Assembly: GCF_000400465.1 (NCBI RefSeq)
Contig: NW_008806275.1
Location: forward strand, 207,443 to 239,442
Direction of reading: 5' to 3'
Source of the DNA: Wallemia ichthyophaga EXF-994
Lineage: Eukaryota; Fungi; Basidiomycota
Length of the DNA: 32,000 nucleotides
Positions 11,491 through 21,861 of this stretch are shown in pieces. Under the pieces are notes generated by a model. It had not been told where the DNA came from. It was given only the letters and a program-made list of their open reading frames with translations, and ran no database searches. The translations under genes were made by a program, and so were the position numbers. How positions within the stretch are numbered: the first letter of the stretch is position 1; each line of letters begins with the position of its first letter.

Positions 11491-12659
11491 TTACGCCTGA
11501 CCGATGGTTGCAAGCGCTTGACCCTTGAATTTTTCAAACAAATCCTTAGCTTCCGTCCACACGCGTGCGGTGTTGCGGTTGGTTAACTCGAAGAGAGATG
11601 GGAGGAGGTCATGTGAGAATGCATCCGAAGACTCTCTTGGGAGGAGAGTAGGGAGGTGGTCGATTGAGACAACCTGCATTGGAGGAACGTCTGCATTTAA
11701 CTCGACTGGTACTGTTGGCTTATCGAAGGTAGTATTAACGTTGTAGATTGGAATTGGGTTGTTTGGATTAGTAGTGTCACAGCTGACGTCTACAACTACC
11801 GACAATCTACGGTCCTTGCCTGCACTCTCGATGAATTGGCGATCGATAAAGTTTGGTATTTTAGAGCTGAGGTAGATGCAGTTGACGAAGATATCAACAT
11901 CGAGGATCTCCTGGAATGGGCCACCTTTTGCGGTCTCATTGATATCCCACTTGATAATGTTCTCATCTGCGAGACCGGCTTTTTGGAAGAGTGACACAGC
12001 ACCTCTACCGCATCTGCCGAGTGCACCGATGACAAGAGCCTTGATAGGCTTGTTGGAGCTGCTTGCGGCGATCTTTTTCTTGAGATCGTCGATAAGCTCA
12101 TCCTCATTAGGGTATGGCTCTAAATGACCAAGTTCTTTGTCTTCTTGCTGGGCAATATGTGAGAGCAAACCGACAGCTGCACCTGCAAAACCTGCGTGGA
12201 AGCCAAATGCAGCGACCCTGCGACCGCTGTTATCAGTGAGGAACTCCAAATCATACAGACTTCCGCCTCCGTCTGCGAATCTCTTCAATACATCAGCCCA
12301 GCCAGCTTGTTGCTTGTAGCAGTGTGCGAATTGGATGTGGGTGTGCTCGAGCGGCTTGTCCTCGACTGGGAGCTCTTTCAATCCAATGATTAACGTATCT
12401 TTTGGCGCTGTTGGCCATGAGTTGTGTGGTGCGAGCTTTGCACCGACTCTGTAGCGTGTGAGTTACTTGTGCGTAAATTATCTTAAAAATAAACTCACTT
12501 CTCATACTCCTCGTCGTCGAAAATGCGCTGTGGGTCTCTCTCAATTGTCACATCGAATCCTTTATCGAGAAGCTGCTTCGTCGTTGCTGGCGTGAGCGCT
12601 GCTCTTTTTTCGAATTCCTTGGTCTCGCATCTGAGCCAGAGCTTTGGTGGTGTACTCAT
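11491..12659 (-). CDS. LYS1: Saccharopine dehydrogenase (NAD+, L-lysine-forming), 372 aa
   Basis: Exon 12659-12499 (LWLRCETKEFEKRAALTP), 50-nt intron, exon 12448-11491 with GLKELP, FAHCYKQQAGW, GRRVAAFGFHAGFAG, GALGRCG, VDVSCDTTNP and SIDHLPTLLPRESS. Confidence 0.97.
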
Positions 12660-13114
12660 TTTGATTTGCTTAGTGGTTTGAAAAGAAGAAGTCGGCTAGG
12701 TCGCTATCGGCGGTGTGAGTCATTGTGGTATGAGCTTGCGTGGCTGTGATATAGCTATAAATTCCTGTGAATATATTAAAACTAACACTGCTGAGGTGCA
12801 TTTCTGTTGCAATTATATAAAATCCCCCTGATTGAACAAGCTGTGTGTAAAATATAGCTTATAATAATTCCATGATAGCCTTAGACAGATTAATTTTTAA
12901 GCGGACTTTTAAGAGCCGTTTTGGAACCCTCTGTCCGTTTTGAGATAGTATCACTGGTTGACAAGGATAAGCTGGCACCCTAATAGGCTGATATAGATTT
13001 TAGGCGTAACTTAAACGTTGTGGTATATCCTGAAGTTCTTTAAAATCAAAAAGAGTCGCGTTTAAGGCCTCTTGAGGGTTTGATATATATTGATGTAAAA
13101 ATGAATGTTTATAA

Positions 13115-13185
13115 GCATTAATGGGGTAGTGGTAACCTCGATCGTTGCCATCGATCGGCCCCCGGTTCAATTCCGGGTTAATGCA
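13115..13185 (+). tRNA. tRNA-Gly (anticodon GCC), intronless, 71 nt
   Basis: Full cloverleaf: acceptor GCATTAA/TTAATGC plus discriminator A, D stem GGGT/ACCT with loop AGTGGTA, anticodon stem GATCG/CGATC with loop TTGCCAT, T stem CCCGG/CCGGG with loop TTCAATT. T-rich tract (TTTACTTTT) immediately downstream. Confidence 0.96.
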
Positions 13186-13636
13186 TTTACTTTTGCATCT
13201 CAAACCTTCTATCTGCAATTCGATACCTTTTTCTTTTGTCTTCCATATTTTATTTGCGAATTTTTTATACAAATTGACAATTACCTTTTAAGCATCAGAA
13301 ACCGAATGGAACTTTCAGAGCGATTTTCAATCCACAATTGACAACTGCCAGACGAAACGTAGAGGTCGGAGGAAGCCAGATTTTGCTAGGCAACTGTAAG
13401 TAGATTACTCTGTCATTCTCAACCACCCCTGTTATTCCCGAAGCGAGCCAAAAATTTAGTTAAGTTGACTCAGATGATGATTCAGATATGACGTGATGTC
13501 ATCCGACACATTCATTCAAGTACCTAGTGATGAAAAGGTTCCTAAGATCCAGACCTTTTGTTCACTAGATAAAAGCCGCTCGATTTCTTCATGTCTTTGT
13601 CCGCATACACTGAACAGGTTTCTCACTCTCTTTAAA

Positions 13637-14093
13637 ATGTTTTACAAGTCAATCGTCGTCGCCGCTATCGCCTCAATGGTCGCTGCCGCACCTACCCAAA
13701 CTGGTGCCCCTGCAGCTAAGCGCTCAGCAGACTCCTACGGTAACCAAGCCACTTGGTACAATGCTGAGACCGGAAACCGTGGTGCTTGCGGCCAGTACTT
13801 ATCAAACGACGATCGTTTTGTCGCTGTCGGATTTGGCTCACCAATCCCATGTGGACAGTGGATGGTGGGTGAAAAGACTAACTATTCGACCCCACTAACA
13901 ACAAATGCAGGGCTTCAACGTCAACGGCGTCACTAGCTACGGTTACGTTGCCGACAAGTGTGCTTCATGCGCCAACAACCACTACGACATGTCCGAAGCC
14001 CTCTTCAACGACTTTGGTGCATTCGGCCAAGGTGTCATCAACGACATCTGGGCATGGCAAGTCGATAGCTGGGTTGAGCCAAGCACCCTCTAG
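13637..14093 (+). CDS. Secreted RlpA-like double-psi beta-barrel protein, copy 3, 136 aa
   Basis: Exons 13637-13864 and 13911-14093, with a 46-nt intron at the same position as in copies 1/2 (after CGQWx). Signal peptide, KR site, ATWYNAETGNRGACG, VADKCASC, HYDMSEALF, IWAWQVDSWVEPSTL. Confidence 0.9.
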
Positions 14094-15331
14094 ATTGCAC
14101 TTGGCACATTGTGCTTTGTGCACTTTGATTTCTCTGGTTAGATCGAAGTTATAGACATAGACAAAACTGCAAAACTGTAAAAATTCTACTGTGCTTCTCT
14201 ATGCACTACTGTACACTCTTTGTTAATACACTCATTGCAAATTTTTTTTTGTTTCAGTCTATACCAACGTATAAATGCTCAATATCTGCCTGTCAACACA
14301 TAAATGCTTAACATCCGCAGCCGTGTTTGACAATGCTCAGTCGTGTGTTTAGTATTATGTATGATATTCACGCAACTAGATAGGGTCTCATACGCGCCAA
14401 ATCTCGGTTTAGGTCGTGTTATACCTTCCAGAGTGTCCGATAGTGCAGAGCCACGAGTAAGCTGTAGATCCAGTACAATCAAAATCTGCACCTCTATTGA
14501 TCCATTCACATAAAATAATATATAGTATTCCATCAAATCATGCACTAATTCTCAAATCAATTCAAATATGTTATCGTTGTGGTATATAGAAAAGTATCTG
14601 ACAACATGCCAACGGCCCATTTCCCATCTACCAATTGTCCAGCTGCTTAGAACGAGAGCTTTAAGCACTGATGAGAGAGTCTTCTTGCGTGGAAAACCCG
14701 ACAAGCTAGCGTGAGACATAACCTCTAGCGTGGGGCATAAAATTTAAGGTTTCAACATGTAAACCATAGTCGGGATCGTAAAAGCTGTGCTGTTAACGCT
14801 ATAGAATGATATCTTCATACCTATCTTATCTGAATTTGTTCACCTTGGAGTTCCCGACGCTAAAAGTTCGAAACCAAAGTTCCGACACCAAGCTGACACT
14901 TAGGAACAAACGATATCACAGGTTAATAGAGTAATTAAACACAGCTTTCTCGAATTTTACCACAGACTGCATCTTAAACATTCGCAAATTTGTTTTCAAG
15001 TTGGAGTGTCTCACCATAAAATCTTGTAGAGGTCAAATACCGCATAATCAGCTTCAAAATCAGCTTTAGAGAATGTCTCCCGTTTCCCTGAAGCTAGGCG
15101 CCAAGCTTTTGGTGTTAGCGACGATTCGAAATTTGGCAAAAACTGGACTCACACTATCTGCTTCCAGAGAATGCCAAACTGTTACACATGTGGGATAAAC
15201 TGAAATTAATTCACACGATTAGTTCCGAAAAGCTGTACAATTCGCTAGAAATCGTCATCTAACACACGATTAAGTTACAAGTCTCACCTCAAGAGTTCCT
15301 GGAGGACGAAAATCTCGAACGTCTTGTGGGA

Positions 15332-15338
15332 TATAAAA
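15332..15338 (+). promoter_or_regulatory. Probable TATA box of RlpA-like copy 4
   Basis: TATAAAA ~60 nt upstream of ATG 15393, followed by a CT/CA-rich leader. Confidence 0.5.
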
Positions 15339-15392
15339 GTTGAGAATCATTTGTAGCTCTTCTTTATCTACAACACGCACACTCTCTTTACA

Positions 15393-15870
15393 ATGTTCTA
15401 CAAGTCAATCGTCGTCGCCGCTATCGCCTCAATGGTCGCTGCCGCACCTACCCAAACTGGTGCCCCTGCAGCTAAGCGCTCAGCAGACTCCTACGGTAAC
15501 CAAGCCACTTGGTACAATGCTGAGACCGGAAACCGTGGTGCTTGCGGCCAGTACTTATCAAACGACGATCGTTTTGTCGCTGTCGGATTTGGCTCACCAA
15601 TCCCATGTGGACAGTGGATGGTGGGTGAAAAGACTAACTATTCGACCCCACTAACAACAAATGCAGGGCTTCAACGTCAATGGCGTCACTAGCTACGGTT
15701 ACGTTGCCGACAAATGTGAGTTGCAGAATGCTTGTGCCAAAATTTTCTAACAAGATAAAGGCGCTGCATGTGCAAACAACCACTACGACATGTCCGAAGC
15801 ACTCTTCACAGATCTTGGTTCAATGCCTCAAGGTGTATTGAACGACGTTTGGGCCTGGCAATTGGACTAA
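15393..15870 (+). CDS. Secreted RlpA-like double-psi beta-barrel protein, copy 4, 128 aa, two introns
   Basis: Exons 15393-15620, 15667-15715 and 15761-15870. The second intron GTGAGT...CTAAC...AAG (45 nt) splits the Cys of DKC. Spliced tail KCAACANNHYDMSEALFTDLGSMPQGVLNDVWAWQLD*. Confidence 0.87.
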
Positions 15871-16121
15871 GCGAGACGCAAACGGATTGGCTCTCTGGAA
15901 GGACCAATGAAATAGAGCAATACTAAGTTCATATTATAATGTGCAGCGCACATCCACACTCATTGTAACAATAACACTCATTCATGTATTTGCATCTCTT
16001 ATCAATTTCCGTGACTGGAGTAGATAATCCGTGTAGTGTACACGATATCCTGCCTCCTCAATAGCTGCCGTTGCCGCTGCCGCCTCTCTAACTTAAACCA
16101 CCAAGAACTGGCACTGCGCAG

Positions 16122-17614
16122 ATGAGGGTAGGCACAGAGCTAATATCTCGAATATGGACTCAGAAATTATCAGGAAAGCAATATAATAGTTATAGAAACA
16201 GGCAGGACGATGCTCGCAGGCAAGCCGCTCGGAGAAATATTCCACAAGCCTCAGCTGCAATTCGAAGCAAAAGTCGGCGTCAAGAAGACGACGCTGGATG
16301 GAATAGCCAAGGGCGATTTAGATGACAGCATGGACACGGATGAGAAGCAGCCGATGCGTCTCAGGCCATCGAGTTATCTCGTAGGACAGCAACTTGAAGA
16401 TACCTTACTGGCGGGAGAGCCTATTGAGATAAGTTATCCGTGGCGTGATGGTCGTATACACGACTGGATTGGTGCAGAGGCCCTTTGGAAACACGCCCTT
16501 AAGCAGCTTCTTGGGAACCCACGTGCTGCAACTGCTTTGGTGTTGGTCACTGTCCCACACGGACTGTCAAAGGATGAAAGCGAGAAGATTACTCAAATCT
16601 TCTTTGAAAGATTTAACGTTCCTGTGTTTGCACTGTTAGAACGCCCCGTCCTTGGTCTCTATGCTTCAGGCAGTGTCAATGGTCTTTTCATCGATATAGG
16701 CTACGACTCTACTGATGTTGTACCAGTACTGGAAACTATGCCTCAGTATACGGCTGCTACGCACTGGAGGTTTGGCACACGGGAGCTGTCAGTCTATCTC
16801 GCAAGTCTGCTGAAGAGCGACAGCCATCTGCTCGCACATGAAAAGCTTAGCGCGTTGGGGGAGCAAGAGAAATTTAACGCTTTGGTCGAGATTGCTCAAG
16901 AGCTGTTCAACCATCCTCACTCGCTCTCGCTTCTACCCGAGGAAGACGAGAAAGAGAAGAAGAAAGGAGAGGAGTTGGATATCGCAGCCGCACTCGTTAG
17001 TGGTCAAGAGCAGAATTTAATTGATGAAAAGGACGCAAAGGAAAATAACCCAGCAGCCTCTCAAGGGAGATTTGAGGTGCAGTGGCGCGGAAGCACTGTA
17101 TCTGTTGGGAAGATAAGACAAAGATTTTGGGAGCCATTGTTTAACATGAACCTCCTGAAAGGCTTGAAAGGAGTTGATGAGGAGCAGACACGAGTTAGTC
17201 TACCTGAGGCTATCGTGTATACATTAGATCAGTGCGAGATTGAAACGAGGCAGCAAATCTTGAATGGACTGGTGTTGGCAGGACCTCTGGCTGGCTCCAA
17301 GGGCTTCTCGCAATTGCTAGCACCACATATCGAACCATACCTCAGCAAAGGTGACAATAACGAGTTGCAGGCATCAGCATCAGCTATCAAGGTGCTCAAA
17401 GTACCAGATTACTTTGCAGACTTCAAAAAAAGAGATGATTTAAACACTTTCCTGGGCGCTAGTATTGTAGCAAAAGTAAGAGTCGCCAGAGTATAGCAAT
17501 AGCGCTAACGATTTCCAGATAACATCAGCAGATCACTCGAGCTTCGCCATCACCAAAGCAGACTACAATTTGAGAGGACCAGCGGTGATCACGGTGACCC
17601 CATACCTTGTGTAA
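16122..17614 (+). CDS. Actin-related protein (nuclear, Arp9-like), ~467 aa
   Basis: Exons 16122-16127, 16174-17475 and 17519-17614 give MRESNIIVIETGRT.... Actin-fold motifs: YPWRDGRIHDW, ITQIFFERFNVP, GLFIDIG, LVLAG, FLGASIVAK, ITKADYNLRGP. The subfamily assignment is tentative. Confidence 0.82.
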
Positions 17615-17645
17615 TTAACTAATTTATGTGTTTTAATAGTACAAT

Positions 17646-18148
17646 CTACAATTCCTCATGTGTTACTTTTCCAGGACCCGTCGCACCGTCAAGAAGCTCA
17701 ATATCGAAAACAAGAGTAGAACCAGCAGGGATAGGACCAATAGATCTGTTCCCGTATCCCTGTGCAGGCGGTATTGTTACTTTGCGTCTCTCGCCTTGAC
17801 ACATGCCTAGAACGCCCTTTGAGAGCGTTAGGAGGGGAAAAAAAAGGGAGAAAAGAAGGGTAACAAGAAACGCACCTGCTCCCAGCCAGAAATGACCTGA
17901 TTCGCACCCAATTTGAAGGTAAAAGGATGCCTACCAGGCTTTCTACTCGAATCAAAAACGGTACCTTGTTCGAATAACGATCCAACGTAATGCATTTTCA
18001 GGTTATCACCATTTTGCGCTGTATGTAAACAAGGATCAGCTTTTTCTTTGATTCCAATTTGAAGTGTTGTAGGTGGTTGTTTGGATGTAGCAGCAGCAGC
18101 GCCAGCAGCACCTAAAAGGAGACCAATAAATGATATAAAGTTAACCAT
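17646..18148 (-). CDS. FPR2: ER-luminal FKBP-type peptidyl-prolyl isomerase (FKBP2/FKBP13), 147 aa
   Basis: Exons 18148-17876 and 17816-17646. Signal peptide, [53 protein letters not shown] and a C-terminal HEEL retention signal. Confidence 0.93.
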
Positions 18149-18218
18149 AATATTTAATAGGATTTTAATTTTAATTTTATATTACGTCGATGATGGTTGT
18201 TATCAACGTTCATCACAA

Positions 18219-20808
18219 ATGAAGACATCGCCTCAAACGATAAACGATGTGCCGCACAAGCCTGTGACTGATTACACCCGATGGAGGTTGATAGTTACTG
18301 ACGTCGGCAGGCACCAGTGGAAGTATCTCTCCCCTGAGCAATCGGCTGCTTCTCCGCAGAGTATTGAAGATAAATACTGGTTGGGATTGGATATTGTGGG
18401 TTTTATATCCCAGTATCACAATTACACTCACCTAATCATCCTTAGAATCTACCTCAACTCCCTGAGCCACGAAACCCCCTCGACGCTGCTCGTAATGGTC
18501 TGTTGAAGCCTTTGCTCTTCCGTTTCGCTCATTCACTCCACCAGGCTTCAAATTCTACAAGCAAATTCAATCCGTAGATGGCCACTGGGCTGGTGAATAT
18601 GGAGGTCCCATGTTCTTGCTTCCTGGTCTCGTTATTTCAAATTACATATCAGGTGTGAAACTCGCCGAGGAACAGAGAGTGGAAATTATTCGCTATCTCT
18701 TTAACAGAGCTCATGAAGTTGATGGCGGCTGGGGAATGTGAGCAGTCTACATTTCATCATGCCTGTCTAACGATGTCCAAGACATATTGAAAGTCCATCC
18801 ACTGTATTCGGTACAGCGCTAAACTATACAGCGCTTAGGCTTCTTGGTGTTGAAGCAGATCACCCTGTCATGACTAAAGCTAGGGGGACTCTGCACAAGC
18901 TTGGTACGTAGAATGGCTTATAGAAAGACGAATACAGCTAATGCACACAGGCGGTGCAACTGGATCTCCAGCGTGGGGGAAGTTTTGGCTTGCTTGCTTA
19001 GGTGTATACGATTGGGATGGTGTCAATCCAGTACCACCTGAGCTCTGGTAGGTCTAATAATATTGTTTGGACTTTTTTCACTCTGTGTCTAGGTTGCTAC
19101 CAGATTGGCTGCCAATACATCCTACCAAATGGTGGATACACTGCAGACAGGTGAGTTGGTAATATTCAAAGATTTTGCCTCCTAATTGAATACAGATTTA
19201 CCTCCCAATGTCATACCTCTATGGGAAGAGATTCATAGGCCGATCGACTGAGCTTACAGAGCAGCTGAAACAAGAGCTGTATGTGGATCCGTACGCTAGT
19301 ATTGATTGGTCTGCACAGCGGAACAACGTCAACAAAATCGATCTCTTCCAACCACATTCAGCTGTAATGGACGCCCTTAATGCTGCTCTCTACTACGGAT
19401 ATGAACCCTGCTCTATACCACCGCTTAGACAAGCAGCTCTAAGGAAAGCTTACACGCATATCGTTCACGAAGATGAGAACACATGTTATCAGGGATTAGC
19501 GCCTATCAATAAGGCTTTCAACCAGCTCTGCCGTCTGGATGCTGATGGGCCTGATTCTAACGCCGTCAAGAAGCATTTGGAAAAGACAAATGACTTTTTG
19601 TGGCTTGGTCCTGATGGCTTGCGTGAGACTGGTACAAACGGATCTCAGCTGGTAGGTGGGAGGGTGTAAGAGGTAGGTATTTTATTGCTCACCAACACAT
19701 AAGTGGGATGCTGCATTCATTGCTCAAGCACTCGTTGAGACGGGACTTGGCGAAGAAGAAGAAAACAAGCAAGCCACTGAGAAGCTCCTTGAATGGATTG
19801 ACAAATGCCAAATAAGACAAGATCCGCTCTATCCAGCTTACCGTCAACCAACTAAAGGTGCATGGCCATTTAGTACAGCTGAACAAGGATATACGGTCAG
19901 TGACTGCACAGCTGAAGGCATAAAGTCTGTCATATACCTTCAGGAGTATTTGAAGTGAGTATGAAGTGCGCGCAAAGCTATTTTTAAACTCCTACCAGGC
20001 ACACAAAACACCACGTCTCGTATGAACGTTTACATGATTCAGTCGATCTGCTACTAGGGATGCAGAACGCAGATGGTGGTTTCGCATCGTATGAGCTGAC
20101 GAGAGGCTCGAAACATCTCGAACTCCTCAACCCTGCTGAAGTTTTCGGTAAGATTATGGTCGAATACTCGTACCCAGAATGTACAACATCTGTCGTTACG
20201 GCACTGTCACTGTTCAAGAAGCACCAGCCAGATTATCGTAGAGAGGATATAGAAAGGACAACAAATGCAGCTATCAAGTATATTCATGCCGCACAAAGAG
20301 AAGATGGAAGTTGGTATGGGAGTTGGGCCATTTGTTTCACGTATGCGGCTATGTTTGCTTTAGAGTCGCTTTCTTCGGTAGGAGAGCACTACGAGAACAG
20401 TGAAAAAGTAAGAAAAGCATGCGAGTTTCTTCTCAGCAAACAGAAAGAAGATGGTGGATGGGGAGAATCTTATTTGAGTTGCGAGACAGAGGAATACACT
20501 CAGCACCAAGACAGTCAGGTAGTGCAGACTTCGTGGGTCGTTCTTGCGTTGTTGCATGCCAGATACCCACATAAAGAGCCAATCAAACGCGCTGTACGAT
20601 TGATAATGAGTCGACAAAACAAAGACGGTAGTTGGACGCAGGAAGCGATTGAGGTGAGTGGTTTAATGATATTCAAACCGTCTAATGCAGATGCTACTAG
20701 GGTATATTCAACAAGAATTGCGCTATTTCATATCCAAATTACAAGTTCTCCTTCACAATCTGGGCATTGGGGAAGGCGTATCGAGAAGTGGGTGATATTG
20801 AATGGTAA
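18219..20808 (+). CDS. ERG7: Lanosterol synthase (oxidosqualene cyclase), ~9 introns
   Basis: [64 protein letters not shown] (Val as in lanosterol rather than cycloartenol synthases), [10 protein letters not shown] repeats (QREDGSW, QKEDGGW, QNKDGSW) and terminal [14 protein letters not shown]. Confidence 0.96.
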
Positions 20809-20820
20809 TGACGTGATACA

Positions 20821-21147
20821 TTAAGATTTGCCTTCTCGCCTTGCTTTGAGCTGGGAGAGTGTGAGTGTGGTGGTGGGAGTGTTATCAATGTTTGCTTACC
20901 CAGAGTGCCTTACAATCTTGGGCTAATGTGAGCTGTGCGGGGCTATAAAAATGAGACTCACTCCTGTAATTCTCGAAAACCTCTTTGCAGTTCTCTTTCT
21001 GATAGTAGTTGTCTTCTAAACACTCGAAGCTCTTCTTTGCAGCGTCGGCGCAGGGGCTGTATTGAGATTAATTCGGCAGAATGATTGCAACTAACACCCT
21101 CACTCATTAAATTTTGTAACCTTATCTTTAGCCTCGGCGCCGCTCAT
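20821..21147 (-). CDS. COX23: Twin CX9C mitochondrial IMS protein, COX23/CHCHD7-like, 61 aa, 4 exons (missed by ORF track)
   Basis: Exons 21147-21104, 21056-20962, 20916-20900 and 20850-20821 with GT-AG introns of 47/45/49 nt. Spliced product [61 protein letters not shown], containing two exact CX9C motifs and the DPC...Y..C...W pattern. Confidence 0.87.
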
Positions 21148-21168
21148 TGTTCTTGTTGAAGAACCGTT

Positions 21169-21829
21169 ATGGCGTCACAACCACCAATTCCTCCGCCAGC
21201 TCCCAAGCCGTTGCCACTTGGGTATGAGTCACCAAAAGACAAGGCATATCGCAAATTGGTTGAACAGCCATTGGTTCCTATTGGTGGGAATGTATCGAGT
21301 TGAGTGACAGACAAACGCTGACGTAGGCATAGGAATCGGTGCGACGATTATAGCGCTCACACGCGCAGCCATGGAGATTAGAAGGGGTAACAGCAGAGCA
21401 GCGAACAAGTTCTTCAGATACAGAGTCTATGCGCAGGGAGCCACCGTTGTCGCAGCCGTTGGCGGTATGTGGTACTATGGTACAGCGCAGGAGCAAAAGG
21501 GCGCTAGAATAGAGAGGGATCGATTGGCCCGAACGGCTGAATTTGAGAAGAGACTTGATGACCTCAATCAGGCTGGCGTAGGCGAACAAGCGATGACTAG
21601 CTTCCGGAAACACGCTTCTGAAGCTGATAAACGCAAGGTTAGCACTATTGCTGATCTTGATCTCACCGGCACTTCCTGGGACAAGTTGCCGGCTGAAACT
21701 GCCCCTGCGTCCGAGAAAACACCCGAGAAGACACAGCAAGTCAACACAAGCAACCCACCTATGCCAACATCAGGGAGATTCTCACAGAAAGATCCATTGG
21801 CTTCGAATAGAGGAGGTAAAAGCGAGTAA
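21169..21829 (+). CDS. RCF1: Respiratory supercomplex factor 1 (HIG1 domain), 203 aa
   Basis: Exons 21169-21283 and 21333-21829. EQPLVPIGIGATIIALTRAAMEIRRG...FRYRVYAQGATVVA is an N-terminal HIG1 domain with a QRRQ-like motif, followed by a coiled-coil and a low-complexity tail. Confidence 0.88.
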
Positions 21830-21861
21830 AATGGATTTATCTTGTAATCTACATAACAATC

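Noticed and set aside
13000-13341. ORFs 13000-13272 (-) and 13105-13341 (+)
   Set aside because: Both run across the tRNA-Gly gene and have no recognisable motif, so they are chance ORFs.
14279-14545. 88-aa minus-strand ORF between RlpA copies 3 and 4
   Set aside because: No recognisable domain, paralog or splice support. It cannot be distinguished from a chance ORF without expression data.
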